The notes beneath the pieces are model-generated. The model was not told the origin of the DNA. It did not search any database and saw nothing but the letters and a program-made list of their open reading frames with translations. A stretch of DNA of 64,000 bases from Octopus sinensis (lineage: Eukaryota), in the NCBI RefSeq assembly GCF_006345805.1, contig NC_043000.1, positions 35,402,001 to 35,466,000 on the forward strand, in the 5' to 3' direction. Positions within the stretch are counted from its first letter, which is position 1. Each line of letters begins with the position of its first letter. Shown piece after piece: positions 38,160 to 52,274 of the stretch. Position numbers and translations under genes: made by a program.

Positions 38160-38900
38160 TATATTGAGAACAACAAATTCAGGAAGCAACCGGGAATTAG
38201 ATTGACCTGGATAGTTGCAAACGCCCAGTACATAGAAATGAAATTGATGACATCCTGGTTGACACACGGCACATACTGCAGGACGACTCGGTGATAGTGC
38301 CATTGAACACAAGGAGCGGTCATCACTTGTTATGGATGAAGATCGCGATCAACGAACTCAAAGAAGAAACGGCTTTGCACATCTTAATGAAGAATCAACT
38401 CGCCAAAGCCTTTCATGTGACGCAGTTGCACGATACTACCAAGAAGAAAGTCTGGAATGAAGTTGAAGAGCTTGATGTGGACTATAATTCACTGGTCCAT
38501 AAAATGAAAAGCTGCATGAGGAAGGTGAAAAGTGCATACCTGTGAGAGCCTAGGAGAAGAAACATGGAGAAGCAGAAAGCATGAAATATGAAGAACAATA
38601 TGAAATGACACTTCTAGTATTCCGTTCTTAGCAAAGCGATCAGACAACATTTAGGAAATGATTTTCAGACTTATCAACTGAAGAAGCAGCAGCGGAAAAG
38701 TGGAAAGGAAAAGATTTTAAAAAGTGCAGGAGAGAGATGGAACTCTATAGGCCAGAGGGGACGGCACCTAAAAACTTGGGTAGGCTCACGGTGACAAACA
38801 AAAGAGAAATAGAAGAGGCACGGAAAACCTTCAACACTGCCCTTTTTAAATCATCAGTGAAGTTCGATCCTCCATAGCTACAAATGCTGGAAGTGAAATT
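38160..38900 (+). mobile_element. RTE-clade LINE fragment (APE C-terminus and linker)
   Basis: RLTWIVANA / RNEIDDILVDTRHILQDDSVIVPLNTRSGHHLL (cf. WTW..IDYIL..SDHRLL); YSVLSKAIRQHLGNDF. Confidence 0.7.
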
Positions 38901-39599
38901 CAAAACGTTCTCATGGTGGACCGTTCATGTACTTTTCAGTATCCATTATTACTGAGCCATAATCTCTTTTAATGAGTTTATTAATTATTGGAACATGAGA
39001 CCAGCTAGTTTCCTCGTTGGAATTATTATAAGATGAATAAGGGACTGCGTTGATAATTGCCTCAATATTTTAAGTCAATCAACCTCTCAGAAATACCGCT
39101 AATGGCGCTGGTATTTATTTTCACTTGCTGGCCATTCACGTGGTGAGTGGAGGATGGAATACCAGGCTGATGGAAATTAGGGTACTTCAAAGCATCAGTT
39201 ATGCGCATGCGCGTGGATTCAGAATTCTATAAATGATGTAAAAAATAAAAATAAAACTCTACCATCACTATCACTATAAGCAGCAACAACTCTTCAACGA
39301 CCACAACAGCAGCTGTAACAACAACAACACAACAACAACAACAACAAACAACAACAACAACAACAAAAACAACAACAACAACAACGGCGGCGGCGGCGGC
39401 AAGACTAATACTGTTTTTTTCATTTGATCGTATGGAAACCGCAAATCTAAGGAAGAAAGAATATAATATAGAGAAACGTGTTAGGCTCATTCGTAAATCT
39501 TCATATTTAAGAAATCTCGCGGTTTGTATTTTAAAGGCATGAATTAAGAAAACTATCCAAACGAAATTAAAAATAATGCATACATGCATATATATGAAT

Positions 39600-40000
39600 T
39601 TATATTTGATGGCCGTCCACTGGTAACAGAGGAAGACCATTGCCGACCTTCAGGAATATTGTGCGCTCTAGGACTAACTTATATTTTGCATTTGCGGCTC
39701 CGTTAGTGGTTAATCATACACGACTGCAAACATTGCACACCAAGCTTTCCCCATTCACTACACCAGCAGTGTGCTTTCGAGCAGCACGCTTAAGTCCTTC
39801 ATGCAGAATACATGCTCTCCCAATGGTGTCGACTCCACTCCTTAACCTGCTTCCTCCATCTGTGGCGATGACAGGTATTCTCTCAGTCTCCTGCATATCA
39901 CAGGCCTTTAATGAGGACTTGACACAGTTCTTAAATCGCAGCCTTGGTTTTTGCCGGGGTCTTTTTCTATTCACAAGTTCCTCATATAGCAACTGTTGAC
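39600..40000 (-). mobile_element. RTE (BovB-like) LINE 3' end
   Basis: QQLLYEELVNRKRPRQKPRLRFKNCVKSSLKAC..LKRAARK..LVCNVCSRV. Confidence 0.85.
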
Positions 40001-40061
40001 TTTACCTCAGTGAAGAAAGCCCCAGACTAATCTGAAGATTTCTGTACAGGTATAAAACGCG

Positions 40062-40365
<304 letters not shown>

Positions 40366-41690
40366 TGTTTCTTTATTAGCCACTCAGGGCGCACACAGAC
40401 GGGACAGATTACAAAGTAGAGCTTTTCTTTTTTTTGATAAAAAATGGGGGGGTATGTTTTCGATCAAAAGGGATCGTAAAAGGGAAAGAAGAAGAAAAAG
40501 AAAAAAGGAAAAGAAAGAAAAGAAAAGAAAAAAGAAAATAGGAGAAAAAAGGAAAAAAATGGGGAAAAAGAAAAAAAACGATCAATAGGGATCGTGTATC
40601 ACAGTGTCATGATGTACGGTGCAAAGGGGGAAGCAGATAAGGTTTATCCGTGGGAAGAGAAGCCTACGGAAAAGACCACGGTAACTCGGTCAATATTGTT
40701 ACATGTTACCACATTTGTTTACAAGTGGGTAACCCTCTGTTTTCAATTTCTGGGTTCATAGGATTATGCTCAAGGTGACTTCGTCATTCATACGTGCCAT
40801 CCTTGCTACATTCACCCATCTTTTTTTTAAAACATTCACTAGACAAAACTTGCCTCTCTACTTTCCTTTTCAAGTGATACTTGAAGAAGTTGATGAGAGA
40901 TTGACCAGAGAGAAAAGTGTTTGTCTCCAATCCTTTCAGACGCGTCCACCAGATATATTCTTTCGCCATAGTCACAAGGATGATGAAAATAGCTCTTCCT
41001 TCCCGTTTGAAGGAAGGAGGCGTGACAATATTGACGATAGACTCAGCTGATAAACCGACTCGTCCCACACGTGACATCAGTTGTTCGACATAAGCCCACA
41101 GGTCGGAAATTGTTGGACACTGCACGAGGGTGTGCAGAACTGTTTCGTCGCTCTGACCGCATCTCGAGTAGGTCGGTCCCGTGTTTCTCGAGCCGTGTCT
41201 GTAGAGCTTATCCCGAACGGGTAGCGCTTCTCGGTAGCACTGCCAGGCCAGGGATCTCTGGAAGTTGTCCATGGGCCCTGGCCCGAAAGTCGTCCCGAAC
41301 AGGCGGGTTAGGTATTCCTCGTCGACGTCCTGGTTCGCCCCGAGCTCGTCGTCGTACCTCCCCTCCACTAATCCTCTATAGATTGCTTGGGTTGTGTTGG
41401 AATCACTCAAGGTTGACCCGGGACGGCAGAGTTGCTTGAGAGCAACGCAACACTCGCGGTGCCATTCGCCCTTCCTCGGCCTCTTTTTGATCCACGACTG
41501 CAGTTCGGTCATGGAGACGAGTTGCGGGAAAGCGTGCCTCGCAAACGGCGACCACACCTGTTCACCGTCGTCTACGTAGGGCTTGAGGTGTCGCAGTCTC
41601 AGCGCGTGTCTGCGCATCATCAACCACGGCATGCCCAGTCCTCCTTTTAACGGGTGTTGACAGCAAATGGATCGCCTGACCATCGGGACG
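40366..41690 (-). mobile_element. Tx1/L1-clade LINE, 5'-truncated, well preserved (299-aa open frame plus 3' UTR)
   Basis: ORF 40784..41683: KGGLGMP, zf-RVT-like AWQCYREALPVRDKL..(Y)SRCGQSDETVLHTLVQCP, AKEYIWWTR; T-rich 3' UTR, AATAAA at 40372-40377, (TATC)n on both flanks. Confidence 0.9.
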
Positions 41691-41996
41691 CAGATGGATG
41701 GATAGATAGATGGATGGATAGATAGATAGATGGATAGATAGATAGGTAGATAAATAGATAGATAGATGGATAGACAGATGGACAGACAGATGGATAGATA
41801 GATAGATATTTAAATAATAAGGGTGAAAATTTGAATAATAATTTGATTAATATTAATTTAAAACCAGTGGTCAAGCATATTGAAACAATTTGATTTTTCT
41901 GAATCTTCAGATTTTGTGCATGTGTTTGTGTGTGTGTATATGTGTGCGTGTGTGTGTGTATGTGTGTGTGTGCGTGTGGGTGTGCATGCGTGTGCA

Positions 41997-42027
<31 letters not shown>

Positions 42028-42539
42028 CTTTATCCATGTAATTGCTACTTACATCGCTGTTCGACCTTATTTATCGTCTGAAGATATTTTAGTGGCGAGG
42101 AAAGACGCGGATTCAAAAGATTATGGTAGAGTTCTATAATATAAGAAAACGTGGAACGGGATTCCGAAGCGAACTTAATAAGGTTGGCTGACAGAATGGT
42201 ATGGAATGGTATGGAATAGTATGGAGAATAGCATAATGACAATGTTCTACAATTTTTTCAATATTCCAAGAGTAGATTTTGTGATATATCTGGAAATACG
42301 AGCGACTCCTTCTTCCGACTACGATTTCTCAACGACCATAACTTAGGTCACTCAATTATTGCCTTAATGATCTTTATTGAAATATCGATTTACGGTCCTC
42401 ATTTCACTCATTCTTTTTGAACCTCTTCAGCATCTCTACTCCTCCCCTTCATAACGCAATCTTTTTTTCCCTCTCATTCTTTTCATACTCTATCATCTTA
42501 TCGTTTTTTTTTACTTCTTCGTAACTTTTGCCATAACTA

Positions 42540-42795
42540 ACATCACCATCACCATCATCGACGTAATCCTCATCGTCGCCACTGCCGTCATCACTGTGGT
42601 TGCTGTGATCATTGTTATCATCATCATCATCATCATCATCATCACCATCATCGTCATCGTCATCGTCATCATCATCATCATCATCATCATCGTCATCATC
42701 TCATCGTCATCTCATCATCATCATCATCGTCATCGTCATCATCATCGTCATCATCTCATCGTCATCGTCATCATCATCATCATCATCATCATCTT
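42540..42795. repeat. (CAT)n/(CGT) microsatellite
   Basis: Direct inspection. Confidence 0.95.
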
Positions 42796-42902
42796 CCCTG
42801 TTATTATCATCTTCATTTTCCATTTGCTCCTTATCTGCATTATTTCGTCTCCATTATTTTTGGTTCGTTGCCATTTTCTTCCATTCTCTCCCCATATTCA
42901 CA

Positions 42903-42948
<46 letters not shown>

Positions 42949-43490
42949 TCTCTTTTTATCCCATTGCTTCTCTTTTACTTCATCATTCCTTTTTTCCTAA
43001 CCATTTCTATTATGCTCTCTTCATTTTTTCAGTAATATCTCCCCCTTTTCTCACTCTCACTCCACCTCTTGGCCATTATCCCTCTTCTTACCCCTCTCCA
43101 TACATCTGTATCTCTAACTCTTATTCCCCCCTCTTCACTAACATGCATCTATCTCAATCCAAATATATTTTTCCTCCTCAGTCACACCCCCACCTTTCCA
43201 TCGCCCTCTTTATCTTTTGGGGCTTCTTTAATTCCTGTAGGGCATCCTATACACAATATCAACAGTAGTTCGCGATTCTAAGATCCTCCACGCCCCTCCC
43301 CCATTGCTGCCGTTTTTTGCCCATTCTTTAATGGCAAATCAATGTGAAATCAAATACTTAACAAAGAAAACGTTTCCTTTTGTTTGGATACTACTACTAC
43401 GAGATAGCGTGCGCGCACGCGCACACACATGCATATGTCTGTATAAGTATGTTTATATGTATATATATATATATATACACACACACACAT

Positions 43491-43533
<43 letters not shown>

Positions 43534-43689
43534 TACACATATACATATATATATAACATTTTAAAATAGGATAAAATCGTTATAAGAATTTATTAAGTAG
43601 TCAGCTTGAAAAACCTCATAAGGGAAAAATTTATAAATATTCCCTTTAAATATATTTATTTATATTAAGGGCATTACTACACGTAATAC

Positions 43690-44085
43690 ATTTGGTGTTC
43701 GTCTGGTATGTTGATTTTTTTGTTCATTTTTATGTGTCTTGATTATGCCTGCACTGACGATTAGAAAGTGCATTTTTCTTACTTCTTTACTCATTACTTC
43801 TTGCAACTCATCTGAAATCTTCTGAACTTCTTCACTTAAATCTCTTAAGTCGTTGGTGCCAGTTGTCCCTTCCTTATTGGTGGCGCTATTATTACTTTTT
43901 TCTTTAAGTTCTTCTTTGATTTTAATTGTATCTCTTATGTTGTTTGTCTTTCCCACTGCCTGGTCTTTCTTTTCCACCTCTCTCGTGATCCCTTCAACCT
44001 CAATTCTGTCGTCCACCTTCTTCTAATAGCATTAGTTTGATCAACTAATCGCTGCTCAGTCACTTTTAGTCTTCCGCTTATTTCT
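43690..44085 (-). mobile_element. R4/Dong-like LINE N-terminal ORF fragment
   Basis: VTEQRLVDQTNAIRRRW / IEVEGITREVE (cf. TEQRLADQ.R.I....WL...E.E.I). Confidence 0.6.
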
Positions 44086-44089
44086 GGAT

Positions 44090-44959
44090 TAGGCAGTGAA
44101 ATAAAATCCCAGATTTTGTGAAGTAATCTTACCTTATTTCCTTACTTTACAATGAAACTGGGTGACAAGACAAAGCCTGGGCGCCCCATATAGTGTGCAA
44201 AATTTGTGTTGAAACACCGAAATAGTGACTGCTTGAAATGCTTAAACAGAAAGTTTCCAGTTTTGTCTTGTGAGAAAATTAAGGTTGGTGTGTTCGATTG
44301 GTCACATAATTGGTGGCTATTTCAGGACGAGCTATTTTTGGAGACCATGTCTGATATTGAAATAGAATCACGGGATGCTTTTGCTGCAGCTGTATCTGAT
44401 TTCCTGGGAAACAGGAAGTCATCAAATTATGAAGATCTTGTGCAGATTCTTTTAAGCAGTCTTCGAGCACTGGGGTACAAAGTGATGAGTGATGACCAAG
44501 GAGAAAGATTCAACCAAGACACTGAGAACATGGAGACTAGGTATCAAGGCCAGTGGAACCCCAACATGATGCTGCCTACTGCAGGTCACCGTAAAGAGAC
44601 TCATGATGCAATTTATTCACATAAAGCAGCAAAGAGAATATTCATTCCTTGAGTACCTGAAACTCCAGTTTGGTAGAAATATCTATTCTAAGATGTGTAA
44701 TTAAACATTTTGTGTAATACATCTATTAAACAATACAAAGTACTATTTGGTTTGTGTTAGTTTCTTATTTCAGTATTGTATTGAATGATAAAATTGACAT
44801 TTTTGGCAAAGAAAAAAAAAATTAATTTCTGTTTAATAAAAAATTTGACGTGATCGAAAGTTTCTGAGGGCATTTTTGAACCCAGCATCATCAAATTAGG
44901 TAGGATTAATTGGGAAAAAGCAAGACAACTAAAATCTTTTTGAAAAATGTTACCCAGTG
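44090..44959 (+). mobile_element. Chapaev3-type (CMC) DNA transposon, internally deleted, 3' terminus intact
   Basis: MKLGD / AWAPHIVCKIC; KFPVLSCEKIKVGVF; FLGNRKSSNY; SDDQGERFNQD..METRYQGQWNPNM; ends GTTACCCAGTG followed by TTA. Confidence 0.8.
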
Positions 44960-44971
44960 TTATTATTATTG

Positions 44972-45021
<50 letters not shown>

Positions 45022-45035
45022 TATTATTATTATTA

Positions 45036-45099
<64 letters not shown>

Positions 45100-45121
45100 T
45101 TATTTATTTACTTATTATTAT

Positions 45122-45325
45122 AGGTGGTGAGCTGGTAGAATAATTATCAGCCGTTAGCGGCATTTCGTCCATTATTACGTTCTGAGTTCATATTCCGTCG
45201 AGGTCGACTTTGCCTTTCCTCCTTTCAGAATCGATTAAAAAGTACCATTTGAGCACTGGGGTCGGTATAATAGACTTATATTTCCCCTGAAATTGCTGGC
45301 CTTGTACCAGAATTTGAAATCATTA
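45122..45325 (+). mobile_element. SINE family B, near full length
   Basis: GGTGGTGAGCTGGTAGAA head, core, and tail CCAGAATTTGAAATCATT. Confidence 0.88.
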
Positions 45326-45584
45326 TCATGATGACTTGTAACGGTGTCGTAAGAAAATATATTACTCATCAATTCTTAACAAATTCAAATACCTTTAAAA
45401 GTGACAGCCCGCGAAGAGACTCACCGTCCCATTACATTGATAAATTTTCAAATAATTTTCGACTGTTTATTTACATTAAAATAACTGGTGGTTACTGTAA
45501 ATGTTTAAAGCTAGATACAACGGTGCATTTTTCTACGGGTTTCGGTTCATATAGCCTTTAGCACCATATCCTCTGAGATATACT

Positions 45585-45890
45585 CAGAAAAAAGTCAGAA
45601 AACAGCACAGCTCTCATGACTTTCGGAAACATTTCTTCACGCTAAGAGTTGCTGAAGCATGGAACAAACAGCTGGCATCAGTTGTTAGTTGCTGGAGCAC
45701 TGCATCCTTCAAAACTTCCATGCTTTCTGAGATTCGCCAACACTACAGCTGATTTTCTCCCCTCCATACATACGCAAGCATTTATCTGACTCATACACTG
45801 TTCACTTCCCAGACATTTGTACATTACTGCATATGCTTTATACGCACTTTTGACAAGTTGTGGTGCACCTGAGCACTGTATACAATAATT

Positions 45891-45929
<39 letters not shown>

Positions 45930-45955
45930 TATTATTATTATTATTATTACTATTA
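45585..45955 (+). mobile_element. CR1-type LINE 3' end with (ATT)n tail
   Basis: KVRKQHSSHDFRKHFFTLRVAEAWNKQLASVVSCWSTASFK (CR1 FFxxRVxxxWNxLP motif), 3' UTR, tail. Confidence 0.85.
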
Positions 45956-46371
45956 TAGTACCGACAATAGTTTAACTTTGTATGCGGCAACTCATTCTCT
46001 GAAATAAACAGGAATTAAGCGCCGAGAATCGTTGAAATTCAATTTTAACAATCAGTGAACAAGTTGCACTTCGAAATCTCTGTGTTCTTCCTTTCGAAAT
46101 CAAACCGAAAAAACATGAATATCTGCCTGCAGTACATAACATTAAAACGATGAAGTTAGTTTTCTAGTATAGGGAAATTGTAATAAAACTAACTTATAAT
46201 AAAAGGGTCGCTGTTAAGTAAGCCGTTGTGTAACTGTTAGGTACTCTTCATACAACACTAATAATTGCACAGAATTATTGACTGGAAACTAAGTTAATGT
46301 GAAAGATGACATTTTAGGTACTGACCCACATTGCTTCTTCTTCGGCTGCTACCACCACCACCACCACCACC

Positions 46372-46409
<38 letters not shown>

Positions 46410-46668
46410 GCTTCCTCACCGTTCCACCATTGGTAACTAAAAACCTACTTACACGAATCCAACATACACATATGCACGCACATAGTGCGCACGCATACAC
46501 ATACACACAAACATACATTCATCTGGCGCGTGTTTCTATGTGCGTGTCTACGTACGTGTGGGTGTGAGTATGCTGTGCGCGTCTGTATGCAGGAGTGGTC
46601 GTGCGTGCGTGTATGTGTGTGTGTTTGTGTGTGTTTGTGTGTGTATGTGTGTGTGTATGTGTGTGTGC

Positions 46669-46725
<57 letters not shown>

Positions 46726-46961
46726 CGTGTAGGCAATTAGTTCAATGCTAATCAGAGCACGCGGACTCGATTCCCTGTCGATTTTGTCTCGAATTTATTT
46801 GATTATTCTGATATTTAAGGACTGACTTTAATGACTACAACGGTAATTTACTGGTTAATGATTTAATAGTAATTTAACAGCGTCACCCACATCAAGAAGA
46901 TGGGATTAGGACCTCAGTCAAATAGAAGCCATCGAAAGACGGCTTTCTTATTTCATATTCT

Positions 46962-46992
<31 letters not shown>

Positions 46993-47184
46993 CACACACA
47001 CACACACTCATTCACTCACACATTCTATGTTTATAGTCATAAAAAAATTGAGATATTTAGGAAGGGCAACAAGTGAAGTGGACGAAGAATTCTCGGATCG
47101 TTAACTTCATTTGTTTTAAACTTAAAACACGTGATTTAAAACAGTCTTGTAGTTTTCATCATACTTTGTACTACATGAGTAGGT

Positions 47185-47440
47185 GTAGAGCCACAATGGG
47201 GTAGCGGACTCGCGGTCGTGGGATTGCGGTTTCGATTCGCAGACCGGGCGTTGTGAGCGTTTATTGAGCGAAAACACTTAAAGCTTCATGAGGCTCCAGC
47301 AGGGGATGTTGGTGAACCCTGCTGTGCTCATTCACCACAATTTGCTCTCACCCTTTCTTCCTGTTTCTGTTGTACCTGTATTTTCAAAGGGTCAGCTTTG
47401 TTACACTGTGTCACGTTGAATATCTGACCGAGAACTACAT
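47185..47440 (+). mobile_element. SINE family C, 3'-truncated
   Basis: GCGGACTCGCGGTCG..GGTTTCGATTC..TTTATTGAGCGAAAACAC, matching 11157-11538. Confidence 0.88.
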
Positions 47441-47583
47441 TCAACATAAGTTGAATTTGAACTCAGAGTGCAGAGAGTCGCATTCTATCTGCAAAGTAAT
47501 TCATCCGCCAGTCTAAAGACTCCACGAAAGTGAACGCCACTTGAGTATAAAGGACAATACCTGAGTTATTTAATAACTTGGGT

Positions 47584-47800
47584 CTTTTATCATTTGCTTG
47601 CTTCAGTCATTCGACTGCGGCCATGCTGGGACACTGCTTTGAAAAATTTTTAGGTGAATGAATCGAACCCGGTACTTATTCTATCGGTCTCTTTTGCCGG
47701 ACCGCCAAGTTACGGAGACGTAAACACACCAGCACCGGTAGTCAAGCGGTGTTTGCGGACAAACACACACATGTACACACATACACACACACACACACAC
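47584..47800 (-). mobile_element. SINE family A 3' half
   Basis: Tail and 3' module up to the internal (CA)n. Confidence 0.85.
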
Positions 47801-48339
47801 ACGATTATTTTTATACACTTGGTTTTGAGGGTAACCAGGCCACTGAAACTCCCTTTGGTTTGAAACTACTTCATATCTCGTTTTGTCCTGGTTTGTGCGC
47901 ATAATAAGTCAATCCCGATTCATTAAGTACGTAACCTAATCACTTTTTGGTAATTTGATAATTTTTACGAACAATAATCTCAGCAGTTCAGTAAATATTA
48001 AGCAACGTTAAGTGTTTCAAAAGAAAATTATTCGCTAATTGCCGATGTTTATCTCCAACTCTTTACATATTTAGCTTTTGTGTTTGATGACATTAATGTT
48101 TGGATCGAGGAAAATACGAGATGCTAGGAAGGGTTGAGCACGGAGCAAATTACACAGCAGCGGTTATTTAGTCCTTTTTTTTTTTTTTTAGGTTTTGATT
48201 TGTAATGCTTTTTAGGTCGACTGTTAGTTAGTGAGGCCCAATTACGAGGAATTTATTCTCTGAACATGGAAACCAAAACAACCACAACTTTTAAATCTGA
48301 TATGTATGTGCATAAATAGATAAATATTTACTGGTTTTA

Positions 48340-48515
48340 AATTTCAAAACAAGCTCAGTAATTTTGAGGGAGGGAATAAGTTGAATACATCGACCCCAGT
48401 ATCCAACTGGTATTTATTTTATCGACTCCCGAAATGATGCATGGCAAAATCCCTAACATTATGTTTAACAGAGTTAAGAGCCGCCAATTTCGTATGATGC
48501 TTTCTAATTTGCGCC
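48340..48515 (-). mobile_element. SINE family B, degraded
   Basis: CATCGACCCCAGTATCCAACTGGTATTTATTTTATCGAC. Confidence 0.7.
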
Positions 48516-48599
48516 CTTTTGTAAGGATCTCCACCGTCGTCACCACCACAGATTGTACGTTCATATCAACGATGCCTTGTTATGTGTATTGTCACAAGG

Positions 48600-49400
48600 C
48601 TTATATAGAAATGGGGCCACTCTCATCCACTGGTTGTTTCTTTCCTCTGCTACTCTGATCCAACTGCAGATACCCATATTTAATTTCTTCAAGTTGTGTC
48701 TCACCAGACTTTTGTGTCTCAGCCAGCGGTCTAATCTGGTTACTCCTACTGCTAGTCAGCTGTTGGTAGACTATTTCTCTTGTTAACTTTATTTTCTCCA
48801 ATCTTTGGATATGTCATCGCTAACCCAGTATCTAGGGAGTTTGGCATTTTCTACATTAATGGTGTTCCTGACTTTGTCTTTCCTTGTGTTGTCCTCGGTA
48901 AGTCTCAGGTATCTCACAATCCATCCACGCACCTTTCTCTTTTACCTGGTTGTGGTATAAAGTCCATACGATCGATCCACACAGTATGGCGGATAATATC
49001 ATTGTTCGGGATTCTTTGCACTTTAATTGGAATGTAACATTCTTGTTCTTTTACTTTGTCCCTCTTCTAAACCACCGAACACTCAGCTGGCCTTATTTAT
49101 CCTGGAATCTAGTTCATCACCTCACCTGTCATCTCTGTTAATTTTACTGCTCAGATTGTTAAAGAGACTTGTCTCTACTAGCTTCTGTTGTTTTAATGAT
49201 GATGATGATGATGGGTTCAAGTTGACTCAAGTCAAAACTTGACAAAGAAAATTTATGTCTTCCAGATGTTAATATTCAAGGTGACCTTTGTGGTTGAGCC
49301 CCTCCATCTAAATCCACAAAGGTTATGTGTGTCTTTTGTACTGTGGGGAGAGATGAGACAAGAACACAGTCATCAACAAACAATATTTCTTTCACTAACA
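48600..49400 (-). mobile_element. Decayed RTE LINE (RT to C-terminus)
   Basis: ITFVDL; DELDSRINKAS*VFGGL; ILSAILCGSIVWTLY; RKDKVRN; LTREIVYQQL; LRHKSLVRHNLKKL. Confidence 0.7.
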
Positions 49401-49849
49401 TGTTTGTAGTAATAATTTTAGTTTAGAGATGTGACGCTTTAAATAAGTTCCCGCCAGGTTTTGTCTCTATGTATCTTCAGGTGACTTGTAGAATATCTCT
49501 TCAAACATAAATCTGATAATTTAAGTAAACATAATGGGGATGCTAGCGCCGAGTCTTACTCGAAACTCATTATAACATCAGATGCAGGGATCGGGAGTTC
49601 AACTGTGTAACTTTACCTTTCATGTAATTGTATAACGAATCGATTACACGGTTGGTCTTTTCTAGACTTCTAAACTTATTTCTTACTACAGCCTTGATCG
49701 GTTTATTTCGTCGAATATCCTCGTCAATTCAGCGGGAGCCACATACAGCAAGTGACTTTGGAAAAAGTGACCCACTCCAGCACGTCACTTTTTCCAGGTT
49801 TTCCTACTTGACGTATTCTGGTACAATCGCCATTTCAAGAAAGCGTTCT

Positions 49850-50560
49850 ACTAAGCAATCAAAGTAGATCTGGCTTTTCGAAGTCCTTGCATTATGATGG
49901 CCACGAGAGAAAGAGTTAGGAATCCAAGGCTTTGGAGATGGTTGTTGGTAACAGCTGTTTTTATAACCTTTGAAATGTTAGAAGTGAATTCGGTCGAAAG
50001 ATATTTGGTCGTATCACTAGATTGCTCACATTAGCACCTTAGCTTTGTTACAAATATTTGGATACGTTCTTGTAGAAATAGAGATCGAAGAGTTTGGTCA
50101 ACATAATGGCTAGCTCTGGTACGCATTGTTTGACGATTACAAGATTACAGGAAGTGGCATACAAATATGACAACTTCACAGAGAGATTACGATGTGATTT
50201 CTCATTCCGGGATAATCTTGGTTTCCTTCTTGTGAATCTTTAATGCTACTCCAGCGGAAAACAGTCATCTTATTTGAAAAGTCGGAACCGATAACACAGC
50301 ATAATGGTTAAATAGAGTCTTTGGCAGTACAAAGAATCTATGAAGACATCAAAATAAAGCTTGAGAAGAAATAATATTGTGGGTAATCGAAGACAATGGA
50401 TGTATATAATCATGAAACAGGTAAATAGAGAAATGTGTAAAGCAGGTATTGTCAAGTAAAAAGAGAAAACAGAAAAGTCTTTTGAAAATCATAAGATGGA
50501 ATAAAAAGAAAAAGATTAGTTTAGATAAGAAAGTTCCTCGTACACAGCAAAAATCTACAC
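49850..50560 (-). mobile_element. Decayed CR1/Jockey-group LINE RT N-terminal fragment
   Basis: VKQCVPELAIMLTKLF; QGLRKARST. Confidence 0.6.
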
Positions 50561-50949
50561 AGAGCAAAATAAATGGGAGGATTAAATAATTTTAATGAAT
50601 TCTTCCCCTACTCTTGTTTAGTAGGTAATTAAGGGAGAGTTAATTAAAGGAGAGGTACTGTTGTTTCTGAAGAGGAATAAGTAAGACTTATGTATATATG
50701 AGATCAAGATGCATAAAGGAATGATATTTTGAAATATAAGAAAACAATTAGTCAGACCCCACCACCATCACCGCCACCACCAATCCCACTAAATGTATTG
50801 ACGGTTTTCATTTATGCATACTTCATATTTTCATATATACACATCCAAAATTAATATATACTCATCCAAAATTCATGTACACATATCCATAATTCCTATA
50901 CCCACCCATTAGCCATTCTCATAAAGAGATTGGTGATAGTGTGCATCTA

Positions 50950-51330
50950 AATGTTGTCACAGGAATGGTTAGTAAGTCAGATGTAGAGCCTCAGTCTTGA
51001 AGATCTGATTTTTGCTGTACAAGAAGACTCCCAGAGAATTAATAAGAAAATATCCTTAGAGCCAAGAACCACCGAGCTTCTAATTAGACAAATGGCGTAG
51101 AAAAAGACAATGGAAGTTGATAATGTAGTTGGCGGTTGTCTAACAATGGGTTTTCTCAAGAGTATAAGACATGATAATGTCGCACAGGTATTTGAAGTGT
51201 GGATGGGGTAGGGGTAATATTTTAGAATAACCGAATTTTAGAACGTTTAATTGCCTCAGGTTATTTTGGACATTAAATGATGACAGGAGCAAGAGACCAC
51301 GTCTCAGTATGTTCAACAGAATTGATTCTG
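50950..51330 (+). mobile_element. Decayed R4/Dong-like zinc-knuckle region
   Basis: EDLIFAVQED; EVDNVVGGCLTMGFLKSIRHDNVAQV. Confidence 0.6.
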
Positions 51331-52059
51331 TTATCGGAATCTAAAGTCCATCCGATAAAATTCCATACACTTTCCTTCTCCTCATTATCAAGACTTGGGT
51401 TGAACCCGGGGTAAGGCAGATGGCGTTTACCAAATATTTTAGAGTGGAATCAAACCCTGAACTGCTTTTTTGCGAAGCAAATAGTTACATGTTTGTATTC
51501 AACTGTACAACCTTAATTAACGTTAAGATCGATTTTAATCAACCCACCCTATTCTCTTTACTCTGCAATTTGGGATTTGTATCGATGTTAAATATCATCG
51601 ATTAATCAAAAGTAAACATATGAATAACGAGTGAAGGGGATGAATGACAATGACAATCACTCAGACAAGCCAGATTCTTTGTATGCAGAACGTGGAAGAA
51701 GAATTGTACAATTAAGGAATTAAGACAAGACAACCACTCTTGGTTTCTATAAACCTATAACAGAAAATAACAATATATTAGTAAAAATAGTAAAGGAACT
51801 TAAATTAGACAAGCAATCCTTCATTTACAAAATGGCTGACAAACATAACACTGAGATTGAAATAAAGGTAAACTAAGTAAATGTTGAGAAAGCAAGATTA
51901 AAGAAATGTATTATGAATACATTTAAGAAGATTAGAATAGGCAAAAGGCAGGGAACATCTTTGTGTGATCAATAACTAATCGAAAGATTTGATGAAGGCA
52001 AGAATTAAACAACCAGTTTCAGGACTGTGACTGAAGGCTACATAAATATAGTTTTGTCT

Positions 52060-52232
52060 CATTACCCCCACTCCAAATATTATAGCATTACCTCCACTCC
52101 AAATATTGTATCATTAGCCCCACTCCAAATATTGTATCATTACTCCCACTCCAAATATTGTATCATTACCCCCACTCCAAATATTGTATCATTACCCCCA
52201 CTCCAAATATTGTATCATTACCCCCACTCCAA
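52060..52232. repeat. 26-bp minisatellite (CATTACCCCCACTCCAAATATTGTAT), about 6.6 copies
   Basis: Head-to-tail units with 0-2 substitutions and no spacers. Confidence 0.95.
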
Positions 52233-52274
52233 CAGCTTGTTAAATGGAAGTATTATTATTTAAAACTTACAGAC

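Noticed and set aside
52060-52232. 26-bp repeat array as a CRISPR
   Set aside because: Units are contiguous with no spacers, there are no cas genes, and the context is eukaryotic.
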